NCBI RefSeq assembly: GCF_009914755.1 | Contig: NC_060927.1 | Origin: the human T2T-CHM13v2.0 reference genome, Homo sapiens | Length of the DNA stretch: 64,000 bases | Direction: 5' to 3' (one strand) | Shown: positions 42,113-56,365 of the stretch, one piece after another | How positions within the stretch are numbered: position 1 is the stretch's first letter | Layout of the letters: every line of letters begins with the position of its first letter | Notes under the pieces: generated by a model | What the model was told of the DNA's origin: nothing | The model's input: only the letters and a program-made list of their open reading frames with translations | The model's database searches: none | Position numbers and translations under genes: made by a program

Positions 42113-44514
42113 AATAAATTGGCTATGCCTCCAAGTGAATTATACTATAAACTTCTTTCCCATTACCAATAATGTAAATATATAACCAGGCACAAGCATG
42201 TGGAAATGGAGAAAGGATGAACGTTAGTCTTAGAAACTTTGGTTTGTATCCCATTTCCACCTTTTAACAAGTCATTTAGCCTCTCTAGGTCAAGATTTTC
42301 TTACCTATTAAATGAAGATGATGGTACCCATCTCACAAAATTGTTTTAAGAATTAAATGTAAAATGCTTGGCACAGAGAGGTCACTCAATACATGGAAGC
42401 CAAATCACCACATGCAGTAAAACCCAGATAAAATATATTCAGCCAGGACTGTTGCTCTGTGAGTAGGTCTGGTATCCATGCTACAAAATCTATTAAGCCT
42501 AAATAATTTGGTCATTTTAGCAATACTCTTTAGAGATTTTTTAATGACATTTCCCAAAGGTCAAGCTAGCTTATGGTTATGTGGAACTGCTGCATTTATA
42601 AGAGAGTTTAGTGGGTTCATAAAATAAGTCTTGCTCCCCAAATCCGGATCATAAAGACCTTCTATCATAAAGGATAAGAGTGACATTTAAAAAACCAGTT
42701 TTTAAAAAATGATGGTAGCAAATAAATGCAGATGATCAGGATGACAGCAAGTACCAAGTCAAAGCAACACGGAGAAGAAATAGGCCCTAGCCTGCAGGTT
42801 ACACTTTAAACACTGAGGAGAAATGGGAGAGTAAAGAGCAACATTGAGCCTCATCGGACTGTAGGTGAAAAAAGATTCAAAATCTGACTCTAAAGCAATA
42901 GGTAAAGAAATATTTTAAAATGCTTATCTGTAGGAAGAAAAGCAGTAAAGCAGAATTCCTAGGAATTGAGAAACACTTAGGAAGAAAATGCTTAAGTAGT
43001 ACGATCCAAGGTGAGGCTAGCTGCAGAAAATACAAATATTTATGGGTTAAATCAGGACTGAGGAAAATATAAAGCCAAATATGGGCAGCTCTGAGGGGGA
43101 AAAAATAGGCAGCTTGGTACTCAACTGTCATCACAATTCATTTGTGTTTCACGTCCCACTGTTTGTGACATTAACAGAATTTTGAATTTAGCAATGGACT
43201 ATTTTTGTATTGTGAATCTCTGCAGCCATTTTCCATATGTAGCTACCACTGTAACTAGCAATAACAGCCTTTTGAGCTTTAAAATGCTTCCAATTAATAA
43301 GATTCAAAATAGGGGTCACCTAAGAGTTTTCCAAGTTAATTCCCTTTGTCTACTCTTTGAAGCAGAGTGGTATTCCTGCTATTCATTTGCATTGAGGCCA
43401 AATTATTTGACCATTTCAGTAAGATATCCTTAGGTAGCTTTTGCTTTTATTGTCATTTTCCAAAGGATTAAGTTAGTTTTAGATTTTTGAACTGCATTTT
43501 CATTTAACTAAAATAACTAAAGCAATCTTTTTATGAGGGTATTTAAATAGATCAAATTTATACCAAGTTCCTACTGTGTGTCAAACATTAGCAAAGCAAT
43601 TTAAAATGTTATTATTTATATATCAATACATACAAATCATATGTGTTATATATTAATGAGCTTATAGCCATTATACACAGGACTTTTATGTGTTATTATT
43701 GTTGTGGTTATTTCTGTTGTTCGCAGGTATCAGTTATCAAGTACCTATTATGTTCCAAGAACTCTACCAAGGACTATACACACTCACCATGTAATGAAGA
43801 TATTATTGGTTTATTTTCCATTTGAAGATTTAGTCACAAAAAGTAACTTGTCCATGAGCATATAATTTGTGCATTCTCTTAAAATCACTTAAACTTCCAC
43901 GTAACACCTGGATTGACGTATGCTTTTTCTTACAAAATATACTTCAATTCAATAAAGATTCTTTAGTCACCTACTATGTGGCACCTGCTAGGATAGTTAT
44001 CTTTGTTTGCTATTATGCTAAATCACAGATCTGACCATTAGAATCTCTTCCTTCCTGAAAATACCCTCTTTAGGTAAAACTGTATTTCTTATCATTTTCC
44101 ATCACTGATTGAATAAAGAAAGGTGGCACTATCTGGAAAACATAAGAGCGTTGGATTTACAAGTTTCTTTTAATAAAACAAACCAAGTTAATCACAAATT
44201 GTTGCAACAAAATATGTGACATGAAGGGCATTTAAGGCACATTTAGACATTATTTCTATCTAGAAACAGAAATTTAGTCCACATAATGTCATTTATCTAC
44301 TGAGCTAAATCGTATTACAATTTTCATCTATAAAATCCAGATTCTTAATGTGTGTTGGAAAGATAATATCTCTGACCCGCTCTCAGTAAGAAATGTGTTT
44401 TGAATTGTTTTGTTAGTAATAATAATGGAGTTGTACTGGACAAAATATATTTTCAGCAAGTTTCTCTGGTAATAAAAATAACTATAATAGTAGTAATAAT
44501 ACTAGTAATCACCA

Positions 44515-44750
44515 ATAAATAATAGATAGCATTTATTGAACTCTACTATGTGCCAGGTACTGTGATTAGCACTTTACATGTATTATCTTATTAATTTCTC
44601 AAAATATTACATGAGGTAAGTACCGTAAATCCAATTTAACAGAAAAGCACATTGAGATATAGAAATCCAATAATTTGGTAAAGATCACACAGATAGAAAA
44701 GAGGTACAAGTCAGGATTGGAACCCAAGGAATCTGACTCTCGTATCTACT
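44515..44750 (-). mobile_element. MIR
   Basis: agcatttattgaactctactatgtgccagg...gatcacacag...gaacccaaggaatctgact. Confidence 0.8.
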
Positions 44751-45705
44751 CTAGGTGGGGGATATAGCAGGTGCTATGGTGTTTGTTCAAGAGAATACTC
44801 CATTTGTGTTGTTTTATCTACCTTATTAGGGTTGGGGCCCATTTGGTCTGTAAGCCAAATCTGAAGACAGCTGAAATGAGTTAAGGTTTGAATTAGTGCT
44901 ATTCACACTATCTGCCAATTAAAATGCTCCCTTCTGAGAAGCTGTAGCCAGTTGGCATAACCTTAGGACATAATACATGCTCAAAAAAGTATCTGATGAA
45001 TGTTAACAATGGTTTCTCTAAGTGGTGATTTTACTTTCTTTAAAAAATACTTTTTCCTATTGTCTGAAATATTTTCAACATGGGCACATTACTTAGGTGA
45101 TCAAGGGGAAATTCAGGACTTTACTTAAAAAATGTTTTTGTTTTGTTTTACAATTAGGTTGTTAGTCTCAGTTAAAACATAACTCCTGCTGGGAAGCCTT
45201 TCCTGTTGCTGTACTCTCTGACCTTTTGAAGGACAGTACTCCTTACTCTGTCTGCCTCAGAACCTTATGAAGGCCACATACTATTGTTAATTATCAGTCT
45301 TCTCTGCTTTATGTGAAGTCCCTTGAAGATTGACCCCATTACTTATCTACCTCTTAGAGCTCTAAGCATCTTGAGTGCCTACCACTCAGTTCAATGAAAA
45401 AACCCAGAACACACATACACCAGAACAAGCACAAAAGATGAAAAAGAATTATTTTAGGGTTGACAATGCACACTCTTGGTATTTGCAGATGACTTGTTTC
45501 TCCCCTTACATTATGTGCAGGTCCCCATGGAAAGAAGTTTCCCACAAGAAGTGTCTTGAATTTACTGGTCTATTCTCTGGAGGATTTTACAAATGCATCA
45601 AGGAATACACACACACACACATACATACACATTATGAAATAATATGAGGATAATTAGAAGTAATGGGGAACACAGGAGGCAATTTCTAAAAAATGAAGCA
45701 TATTT

Positions 45706-46238
<533 letters not shown>

Positions 46239-47475
46239 ACATTTATATTTTATATTAAGTAATTTTGTTCCTTTCCTACCCCATTATAATATAAACTTCA
46301 TGAAAGTAGAAACTTTATTTTATTCACTACAGTATCCCTAGTCCATAAAAGAAGGCATGGCATTACATCCTCAATAAATATATGTCGAAAAGAAGGAAAA
46401 AGGTATAGATGTTTCCACTGTATTTCTTATATTTTTCTGGAAACAAAGGGGAAAGGTGTTCCCAAAAGGTTTCCAGGAAAACTTCAATCACCAATGAAAC
46501 TGCAAGCTCTTGTCATGTTCCTCAGACCACTACCTAATTAATTCCTTTATGTGCAATACATCCTTTCTAGCCTGTTGATACTCAATTTCTGGCGCTGCTG
46601 TAACTTGTGGAGCAAAGAGTGCCACGTGAGAGGTGCTTGGGCCCCTTCATACTGTGCCTCACCTGCGAACTGGGGAGGCCACTGCCATTTAGGCTCCAGC
46701 ATCTTTTACAGGCCAGCTGAGCCACCAGAAGGGAAGGGGAGAAAGAGACATGCAAGTTCTCAGAATGTCTGGTATATTCACTCACACACATTTCTCTTCT
46801 CTTCTCAAAAAGGATCCTGGCAACAAATCACTGATTAATGATGAGAGAAATGGAATCAGGAGGACCCCATGATACCCTCTCATCCTAGTTTTGGGAGATA
46901 AAATCTCCCACTGTGGGGAGGAGGAAGACCCTACAGGGTTTTCTTATGTTTTGCAGCTTCCAAATTGTAGTAGGGTCCTATTCTATAAAATTGCTACCAA
47001 CAACTGTATACTTAGTGATATAATACCATATGGAACCTTGAGTTTTACTTAAAGAGTAGATTATGTGGCAATTCATAGTTATCCTAGTATGGATAAGAAA
47101 ATATCCTAGTAATAACATAATTATTCTAGTTATGAGTTTTTTTCAGACAAGAAACTCTTTTATTCATCTTTTTATCTCTAGTGCCCAGACTCAACATATG
47201 ACTTTGTATATAGTAGTTCTTAATAAATGATAGCTTAAAAATTAAATAATATTTTTAAAATGGTGAGATATGGCTTAAAGGGGTTCAAACAAATTCAGAG
47301 TTTTGTCTAATCTAGGTGTTTCTAGATTTATGAGCAGGCAATCACATATTATTGAGTATGTATTAGTGTTTTAGTTAGTGTTAATACAGTATAATAAACC
47401 CTCATTGATTGTTGTAGAGAAATCCTACTATTTTACACTCATATACTAGAAATGTTTAAAGTCACAATTTTAAAA

Positions 47476-47685
47476 TAGTGGACTTCAAACTTTATTATGC
47501 ACAACTAACCTGGGCAGTTTCCTAAACTGCAGATCCAGGCTACATTCTCAGAGCTTCTGATTTAGAAATTCTGGAATGGGGTTCAGGAATCTCCATTTTA
47601 ACAGGTGCTCTAGATAATCCTGATATAGGTAATCCCTAGGTAATCCTGATACAGTTGGTCCTTGGACTACTTACCATGGACTAGG
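47476..47685. mobile_element. MER5-family
   Basis: tagtggacttcaaactt...aggaatctccattttaacagg...ttggtccttggac. Confidence 0.7.
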
Positions 47686-50600
47686 CTACAAGGTAATATA
47701 ATAATAAATCTATACAGTTCACCTTTTCAATACGAAGAGAAGAGACTAGCCTATTAAATGTGACTTAACTATCAAAATTACCCGTGAAAAGAATAGGCAA
47801 TTTGCTAAGACTTCTCAAAATGAACCAAGGGAGGACATAAGGGCGAGAAATATTAAATTTCAAGCCAGAAATGACTCTTTTTAAAACTTCAAAGAGACTG
47901 ACAATCTGCTTAAAGTAAAAGTGGAAGAAGAATGGCAGCAGTACAGAAGTGTTTTATGAACAATTTAGGAAAGCAACATTGATTCAAGAGGTTTATTTGA
48001 TAACATGTTTTAATGGTTATTATAAAAGTGAATGCCTTCTAATCTTTGATTTGCTGCTAAAATATATATGTATTTATTTACATGAAATTTTTTTTTTAAA
48101 TTCCCCCCTTAACTCCCTACTTTCCACACATTTTTAGCTTGCCAACATTACTGCGTTAATGGTGTCCTTTTTTTCTCTCTCTAGAAACACATGCCCTGGG
48201 ATTAAAAGGGGATTACTTTGGTCTACTTCCACATCCATGTCCCAGGGAAGGTACTGCTTCTGCTTCCGACCTGACCTTTAGGTATCTGCAGCCTTCAATT
48301 CTTTACAGTGGGAGTTGCTTTAGCATTGATTTCTTGGAAAACTAAGAGCTGTTTTCAAAAGCCATTTTCAAGACAAATAATGAAAATTATTTTCTTATGC
48401 TTATGGATGTTACAAACTGTGTAACAAGCTTTTCTCTTTAACTTTGCTGCAAGAAAGTTTAAAGGCAACTGTATAGCACTTCACTGAATATAGTTTTATG
48501 CTGACCTCACTTCTAACTCCATTTTTATATCCTTTCCTTTATTGTTTTATTTTTCTTACCTATTTCTAATTCATGTATTTTGCTGCAATCATGTATTTAT
48601 GTTTATTTTTTCATTGTCAGCCATTTTAATTCCCTTATTGGTGCAATAAATAGTAAATAAGACAAATAAACAAAACAAAAACATATGTATGTATGTGTAT
48701 TTGGTATTTACATCGCATGTACTCAAAATAAAAAATAAAAACTAACCACCTAAAATAATTGACATATTTCATTATTCTTTGGGCTATAGATTCACTTGAC
48801 TGCAGCACTTCCATTTAGGGAGATATAAAATTAAAATACCACCATGAAAAAATCCATATGAAATTTGACATAGGTATTTTCAGCCCCAGGTCATTAATTC
48901 AGTTCTGACTGACATCTTTCAGTTCTGTTTTAAAATTTTTGTGTTCAGTCTTTCGATTACACACACAAAAAAGTTTTGGCTTAATCAGCCTAATAAAGTG
49001 TATATTTCTGAAAACATTTTTATGTAAACAAATATAGAAGTATACATGATACATACACATACATTTTTTACTTAGAGTCTTCAAACCAAATATTTCAGTC
49101 CTTTGCTTCCAGTATTATTTTCTTTTAAGTAAATACTTTTCATTAAGCAACAAAGAGTGATAGTCATCTCAACACCAAAAACTTGTATTCAGGCTAAGTT
49201 TAGTCTACTTTGCATATTTTCCTCTGAGAATGATCCAGCCAGTCTCAGTCTGATTCTAGTAAAACTCAAGTAATGTGGAAGAACTCTAATTGAGTATTAG
49301 ACATTTTAACAATTATATTCATATTGATATGTCCTTATACGACCACTCTAGGTGAAATATTACTATGCTTGGGACTTAAATATGATTTTTGTTCTTTTAT
49401 TAATTTCTGAATCTCATATCCTTCCAGATACCAAAGGAATACAGTACCACCTGGGAATAATGTCAATTTTCACTTTAAAAAAATATTTTGTTGCTTTTCC
49501 CCTCAGCATGGGCAACCAATAGCTGATTCATACTTTCATTACATCACAGTTGGATTACAGAAGGGCTCTTTAGTCTGGCCTCCGCATGTCTCTTGCAACT
49601 CATTTGTAGACAGCCCAGAAACTAGCAGCTGGACTTCATTTTTGTTCCAGCAGTCACCATTTTATAGTGTTTCTCTAAGTCACTGTGAGTTTCACTGATG
49701 ACAAGTCTAAAACTCCACAGGTATTCATATTTAGTGGGTTAAATCAGAGAGAAAGGATTATGCTTAACTTTCTATAGGTTCATGTCACTCAACTATACTT
49801 TGCCATTCACTTACCATACGTCAAAAAGGTGGAATAATACTATTCTTACATAGAGGACTAATAAGATATACTTAGCAAAAGTAGGTGGTTGCAAAACATT
49901 TTTTTAAAAATCAGAGTGCTGTATTTTTAAAATCTTGCATAGAACTCTGGTTCAATTTTTGAGTCCTTCCAATTTCTCATAACTCTGTGGTATTCATAAT
50001 AAAGCAGGCAGATGGTTAAGTCTCTGAACATATGCTTTAAATGCCCCCTTTGCTATTTCTAAATAATGGACCAAATTTTGCCCTCAAATAGTCACAGGAA
50101 ACTTTAAGGAGGCTGCCTCTTGAAATCTGAGGACAGAATGTGATCCAGTGGGAATTAAACCTTTAAAAAATATATTTTCTAAACTTTCTTATGAGCTCTA
50201 TTCCCTATACCAAGACAAATTACATTTTTTAATAAAATAGGATATAGTAAGAGAAAAATCCTAACCAATACAATATTACTTGGCTCAAGGAATAGATTAG
50301 AAGGCAACATATGTTTTATTTATTTATATTTTAAAATTCTGATTTTCTAAAACATGAGAGTCATCTGATTAATTTCTGTGTGATTACCAGATTTTCCATT
50401 TTTATTATTATTCCTATTACTAGTATCATGTAGATGTTATATTGTTAAAACATCTTGCAATTATTAATTAGTTAATTTAGTTTAAATTATGATTATGCCT
50501 TTGTTTTAAATCAATGTTTTTCATAGTTATTAAAAGCCAAAAGCACTATTTTTCCAGTCACTTACTTTCATTTCAAAAACAGTTTGTTGTCGATGAAAGC

Positions 50601-51400
50601 GCATTTTCCAGGTTATCACAGAATATGCAATTCATCTGCAATGGATATATATATTCTGGTAATGTTGCTCACATAACCTAGCTGTACTTGTAAGAGTATC
50701 TCTGTTTCTTAATGTCTATATTTTATACATGGAATTAACCTTCATTTGCACACTCATATTTCTATGTATTTAAATTTATTCCTGAAAGACCTCTGAACTA
50801 GTCTCTCCTGTCTTACGATGTCCACAAAACTTAGCAGTCTGATTAACATTACAGATAAAAAGACCACACAATTGACAATAAGGACACTTTAGTTATTATA
50901 GACGTCTGAAGTTTAAGTATTCCAAAACTATAATGTCCCTTTAGAAATTCTCAATAAGGATTAGCTTGGTCCTAATGAAAACAGTGTTTACTTTTAAAAA
51001 TAAATGCAATAGTTGTACCCAAATATGTTCGAAACACTGTATGACGTGTCATAATCAACAATGTTGAAAATAACTAAAGATCTTTAAATCAAGTGATAAT
51101 TTTACACATATATCCACAAATATCTGAACAAAATTTATAATTACTATTGGGACAAAACATTAACATATTCTTCTGCTAATAAAGACAAACAACTTTGAGA
51201 AAATCCTCTCTCATTCTCACGTCTCTAACTTTCACAATAAATGCAGCACTGAAACTAAATTTCCAACTCAGAAATACGCTGAGCTCCAATAAACAAGTTG
51301 ATTTTAAAAACTCACCAGACTAACAGTTATGCTTTTTCCCTTATCTTTCCTTTGCTTTCCCTTGTTCTTTCACTTTCCATGCACACACAATCACACTTAC

Positions 51401-51746
51401 CTGCACAAGTCTGAAACATCAGTCTATGTATTTTTTTTGAAATGTACTCTGTACCGATGCATTTTTCTGTGTTTCTTTCTAACCCTCGAGAATGTTAAGA
51501 ATTTAGGAAGAGAGCCACAGCTTAAGAGTGCAATTATTTGCCAGTAAATACTCAATTTGCTTGTCCTGTGATTTTTCTTCTAACTTGCATATTCAATAAT
51601 CCGTCCCTGACTGCGTCACGAGCACAAAAAGTCTTTTCTCCAAAGGAGAAGACTTTCGCCAATCAACCTTCAGCCATGCCAGGGCACAGCTTGTCAGGGT
51701 GATTTGTTAGCTTTAATTAATAATTCCTCACACTGGCCATTTTCAC
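51401..51746 (-). other. ZBTB20: Alternative first (non-coding) exon of ZBTB20; 5' end approximate
   Basis: Perfect donor CAG|GTAAGT (+ strand acttac at 51395-51400). Repeat-free sequence with retained CpGs, adjacent promoter-like motifs and no strong upstream acceptor. The 3' part matches the recalled ZBTB20 5'UTR. The TSS cannot be fixed from sequence (about 51630-51750). Confidence 0.75.
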
Positions 51747-51870
51747 AAATAATGCAGTGAGGCTGGGAGGCTAGATTGCTATGATTCAGACAGATAAAAC
51801 TACAGTGGAAAGGGGATGGGGAGGGGTGTGGGGGAATTCAGATGCCGTTTATAAACACCTCTAATCATAC
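51600..51870 (-). promoter_or_regulatory. Putative non-CpG-island alternative promoter
   Basis: CRE/ATF-like TGACGCA (minus, 51612-51618), CCAAT (51659-51663) and a KLF/SP-type G-rich box (51812-51834), around the 5' end of the first exon. Confidence 0.5.
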
Positions 51871-53764
51871 TCTTTCAGTTTACAATATAGAGGACATCTC
51901 AGTTGAATTACCACGTTATGTCCACCAATTTGTATTCAGATGGAAACCATATGTTCCTCCACTTTATCTGCTAGGGACTCCCTGGTGCCAACACAGTCAT
52001 TGGGCAGACAACATTCACAAAAGAGGTCTCTAGCCTCTGGATTGCAAAAGTTTACTGCAGGGTGAAGTTGAGAAATCAGACATATACTGCACTTCTCAGT
52101 GAGCTTGGGTAACAGTCTGGAAACACAGAAGTATGAGTTATGAGTGTCAGATTTTCTCTTATCCTGCTATGTGATACTGGGCATTTCATTTAGCCTTAAA
52201 AAAAAAATCTCATACCTCATCCTCAAATCAGTTTGCAACAATGACTGATTTGTTCATGCATTCTATGAACATTTATTGACTCCCAAATATATGCTACACA
52301 CTGTATTAAATGCTGAGAATTTTGCTTGAAAGTAAGACTTTTCCATTTAACTGACAATCCATGGGCTTGAACAAAGCCACCAAACAGATAGTGTGCAAAT
52401 AAAAATAAGGATTTCTAACAGTTTCTGTGTGGCTCAACCAAATAATCAGTAATTGACAACACACTTGAGTCCATTATGCAAAAGTAATGCTCGGGGTAAA
52501 AAAGAATATACAGAGATTAAAAAATATGTTTTTCAAAGATTAAAAAATTTCCCTCAAAGTGACTAGAGCACTAAGAAACATATTAATATGTTCATAAACA
52601 ATTTCCAAAGATTCACAATCACTTTAGGAACATGCAAATAAAAAAATTTTATTAATGTCCTTAATCTTATATAAGAATATATGCCTGTGTTTGAGACTGC
52701 AAATTTATTAATTTATTGGATACATATTTATTGAGCATCTACTCTATTTCAGGAACTGAATAATATTGGAGATAAGTAAAGCACAGCCTCGTTATTCAAG
52801 AAGCTCACAATTTAGTCACCAGACTCTAAAAGAGAAAACACACATCTCAACTGAAAACTGTAATACAATATAGCCAGAGCAATGACACAAATATACATAA
52901 ACATGTAGGATGGGCCTCCTAGAAGTGATGCATCAACTATTTGTAAAGGTTGGGTAGAAGTACCAGTGGTGAGAAGAACATTCTAGGGAGAGGCAAACCT
53001 TTGAACCCTTTCTCAAACTGTTACTAGAAGCAGAGCACCAGTTCTAGAAAAGATGGGATTTAATACATGACAATTTCAGATAAATGTTTCAGATGGTAAA
53101 TATTGCAGGATTTAAAAATAAACTTATTAAGAAACAAATGTTCCCCAAAACTATAATGTCTTGATATCATCAAAAAAGCATGCAGCATCTCTAGCACTGG
53201 CACATAGTAACATACATGTCTTTCTCACTTTGTGTGTTTCAGTTCTCTGAGGCAAACATGAAACATGCTTGACACACACTGCCTTTCTGTGTTTTCTTGC
53301 CTATTTATCTTCTTTTACTATGGGCAGGCTTCTACTGCTTCTGTTTTCACTGTACCATAAGATAAATCATATTTGCATGACTGTTAAAGGAAGGGGAAAA
53401 ATCTGTGTCCATTTTGTGGTCACACATCTACTTCTAGTCAGATAGCACATGCTATATGGGACTAAGAGTGCAAATGTTAAATGAGAAAGGAAATAATACT
53501 CCTAAACCCCCAAAAAGCTCTTTCATAGATAGTAAATACTCCTAGAAACTATACAGAATTCTTGGTGTTATTTAACATTTTGCTTTATATTATATTTAAC
53601 AGTGTAAGGCAACAGCCAGAATACTATTTACCATAGTTCAGTAACATCTAGCCATTTAAAGAATTTACAAAGTTTATTAATTCATTAAATATGTATGTAT
53701 TGAGCTCCTACTATATACTGAGCACTTATCAGTAAATGTTTGATTTTTATTCCCACAATGCTTA

Positions 53765-53975
53765 CACATAATAATAGTTAACATTCATTGAGTGCTGACT
53801 ATATGCTAGGGACTAATCTAAGGACTTTACATATAGTATCTCATTTAATTCCCACAGTAACATTATATGTTAGGTACTATTACCACCTCCATTTAGTATA
53901 TTATGAAACTCACAAGTAGAGAAGCTAGATATACACTATGTGAATTCATTCTACACAATGAGACCAGGGCAACTA
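53765..53975 (-). mobile_element. MIR
   Basis: aacattcattgagtgctgactatatgctagg...tctcatttaattcccacagtaac...taggtactat. Confidence 0.75.
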
Positions 53976-54057
53976 ATGTCCACCAAAAATCAGATTTATT
54001 ACTTTATAGTTACACAGTCACAAGTAATGTTTATGTTGTGAAAATTAAAGAAAATAA

Positions 54058-54439
<382 letters not shown>

Positions 54440-56232
54440 TCAGAGTTAAAGATTACCACATACAACTAAGACTTACTGTTTCTGGACCAAATGACCATAT
54501 ATTATTGAAGCCTATCTTAGACAATAAATGTAAATAAATCTTAGCTAAAGCAAATTAGCCTTGGTAGTCTGGGAGGGTTTTCCTTTGAAGATGTTAATAA
54601 TATAGTTGAACTGGTTGTGTTTAAGAAAGCAGAGCTGACAGACAAAATAGAGATAGATGACACAGGAACTCACCAGTTAATAATAGAAAAAATTCTTGTT
54701 TTTCCAAGTGATTAATACAATATTACATTGTATTTAATGTAGATGAAAAAGCTTATTTGGTACTCACTGGGGAAGCCACCACTCAGTATAATCATATGCT
54801 CTTTTCAAATAATCCCATGCTGCTAACTTTACAGCTAACTGCCAGCATTTGCCAACTCCGGGCACTCTGATGCCCTCTCCACATTCTTTCTTCTCTCTTG
54901 ACATTGACTAAGTCCAGCCACCCATAATTCTTGACCTAAACTATGGCACAAATATCCATGAAACAGAACATTTATTTTTGGTGATAAAGCTGGTTCTAGA
55001 TGAAATGGTGGTATTTCTTTATGGAGGAGCTGCAAGGAGGCTCTCTTCATTTGCTTGTGTGTGTAAGTAAAGTTTCTGATTTGGGATAAAGGACTGCCTG
55101 GACCCTCAATTATTGGTGTTTATTCTATGGATATTGGCTGAGATATTTTGTATGGGAAAACCAGCAGATGAGTTAATGAGCATCCGTCTGAGCCATACTA
55201 ACCTAGTGGCACCTCCTGGGAAGCCAGGGCGTTCTAGAATCTGTTTATTTCTCAAATGAAAATCCTAATTCATAGAAGTTAAAAGTATAGAAGACAACTT
55301 CACGTACTCTTTCTTCATGATACCTGGATTGGTTACAACTTAGTAAAATTTTAGCCTGTTTGGTCCCTCCTTCCTTACTGGCTGTCTGAGTCTCTAGCCT
55401 TATATAGGAAAACCTTGTCTTCTAATTGAAAATGATGACAAACAGAAGTTATGACAGACACATTTCAAAGTAGATGCTATTTTTCCCAAATAAATTTCAC
55501 ATACATTCTAATTCCTAAACTTATATATTTTCACATACTTTATATAAATACCTGACACCTTAAAATGTTTTACTTAGTGAGACCTAGATAATGAAGGAAT
55601 AAAAAGGTGACTTAATCCCAGTTTTTCTAAACAAGAAGTTTAGAACTCACGTATTTTAAACTTGTTAAGTGATGATCAATATAATGGGCTGTATATTTGG
55701 TTGAGAGTTAAAAATCTAAAGTTTTCTCAGAGTACTTTAAGGCATTGCTTTCTCAGTGGAAATCTTCGACCTTCACATTCTCAAAAGGAGAAAAATGTTT
55801 CTTGTCAGAAAACTAGTCATGGCTAGTCCATAAGAAGAAGTCCAAGATTGTATCAGCTTCCCTGTGACCTTGCTATGAGATTTGCTACAAGTAATTTAAT
55901 GCTTTTCTATGTCTCAGTTTACTTTTTATCTATGATACCTCAATGATATTATTAAGATAATGTGGATCAAGTGTTTTGATCATTGCATAGAACATATGCA
56001 TAGAACATAGAATATAGAAATCCCCAAATATAAGAATGAAAACTTAAATTGTTAGAATGACACTAACTCTGCTACAACCTTAAATAGCATATATAGTACC
56101 TCAGTGTCTCCATTTTTTTCAGCTATAAAATGAGAATAGTCATCTTTATGTTTTTCATTAAACAGTATATTGGAATAAATAGAGATTATTACAAAATCTG
56201 TTGAAAGATTTCAACAAAATGTCATACATGCA

Positions 56233-56365
56233 AGTGAGGTGATGAATATATTAATTGGCTTGATTAAATATTTCTAAAATGCATACACAGATCAAAATAT
56301 CACATTGTACCCCATAAAAATACATAATTATTTTTCAATTAAAAATAAATAAATAAAATTAAAAT
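56233..56365 (+). mobile_element. L1MA-type 3' end
   Basis: gtgaggtgatgaatatattaattggcttgatt...atcacattgtaccccataaa...A-rich tail. Confidence 0.8.

Noticed and set aside
55204-55220. CTCF-like motif (CCAGGAGGTGCCACTA on minus)
   Set aside because: Mismatches at core positions; not supportable without ChIP data.
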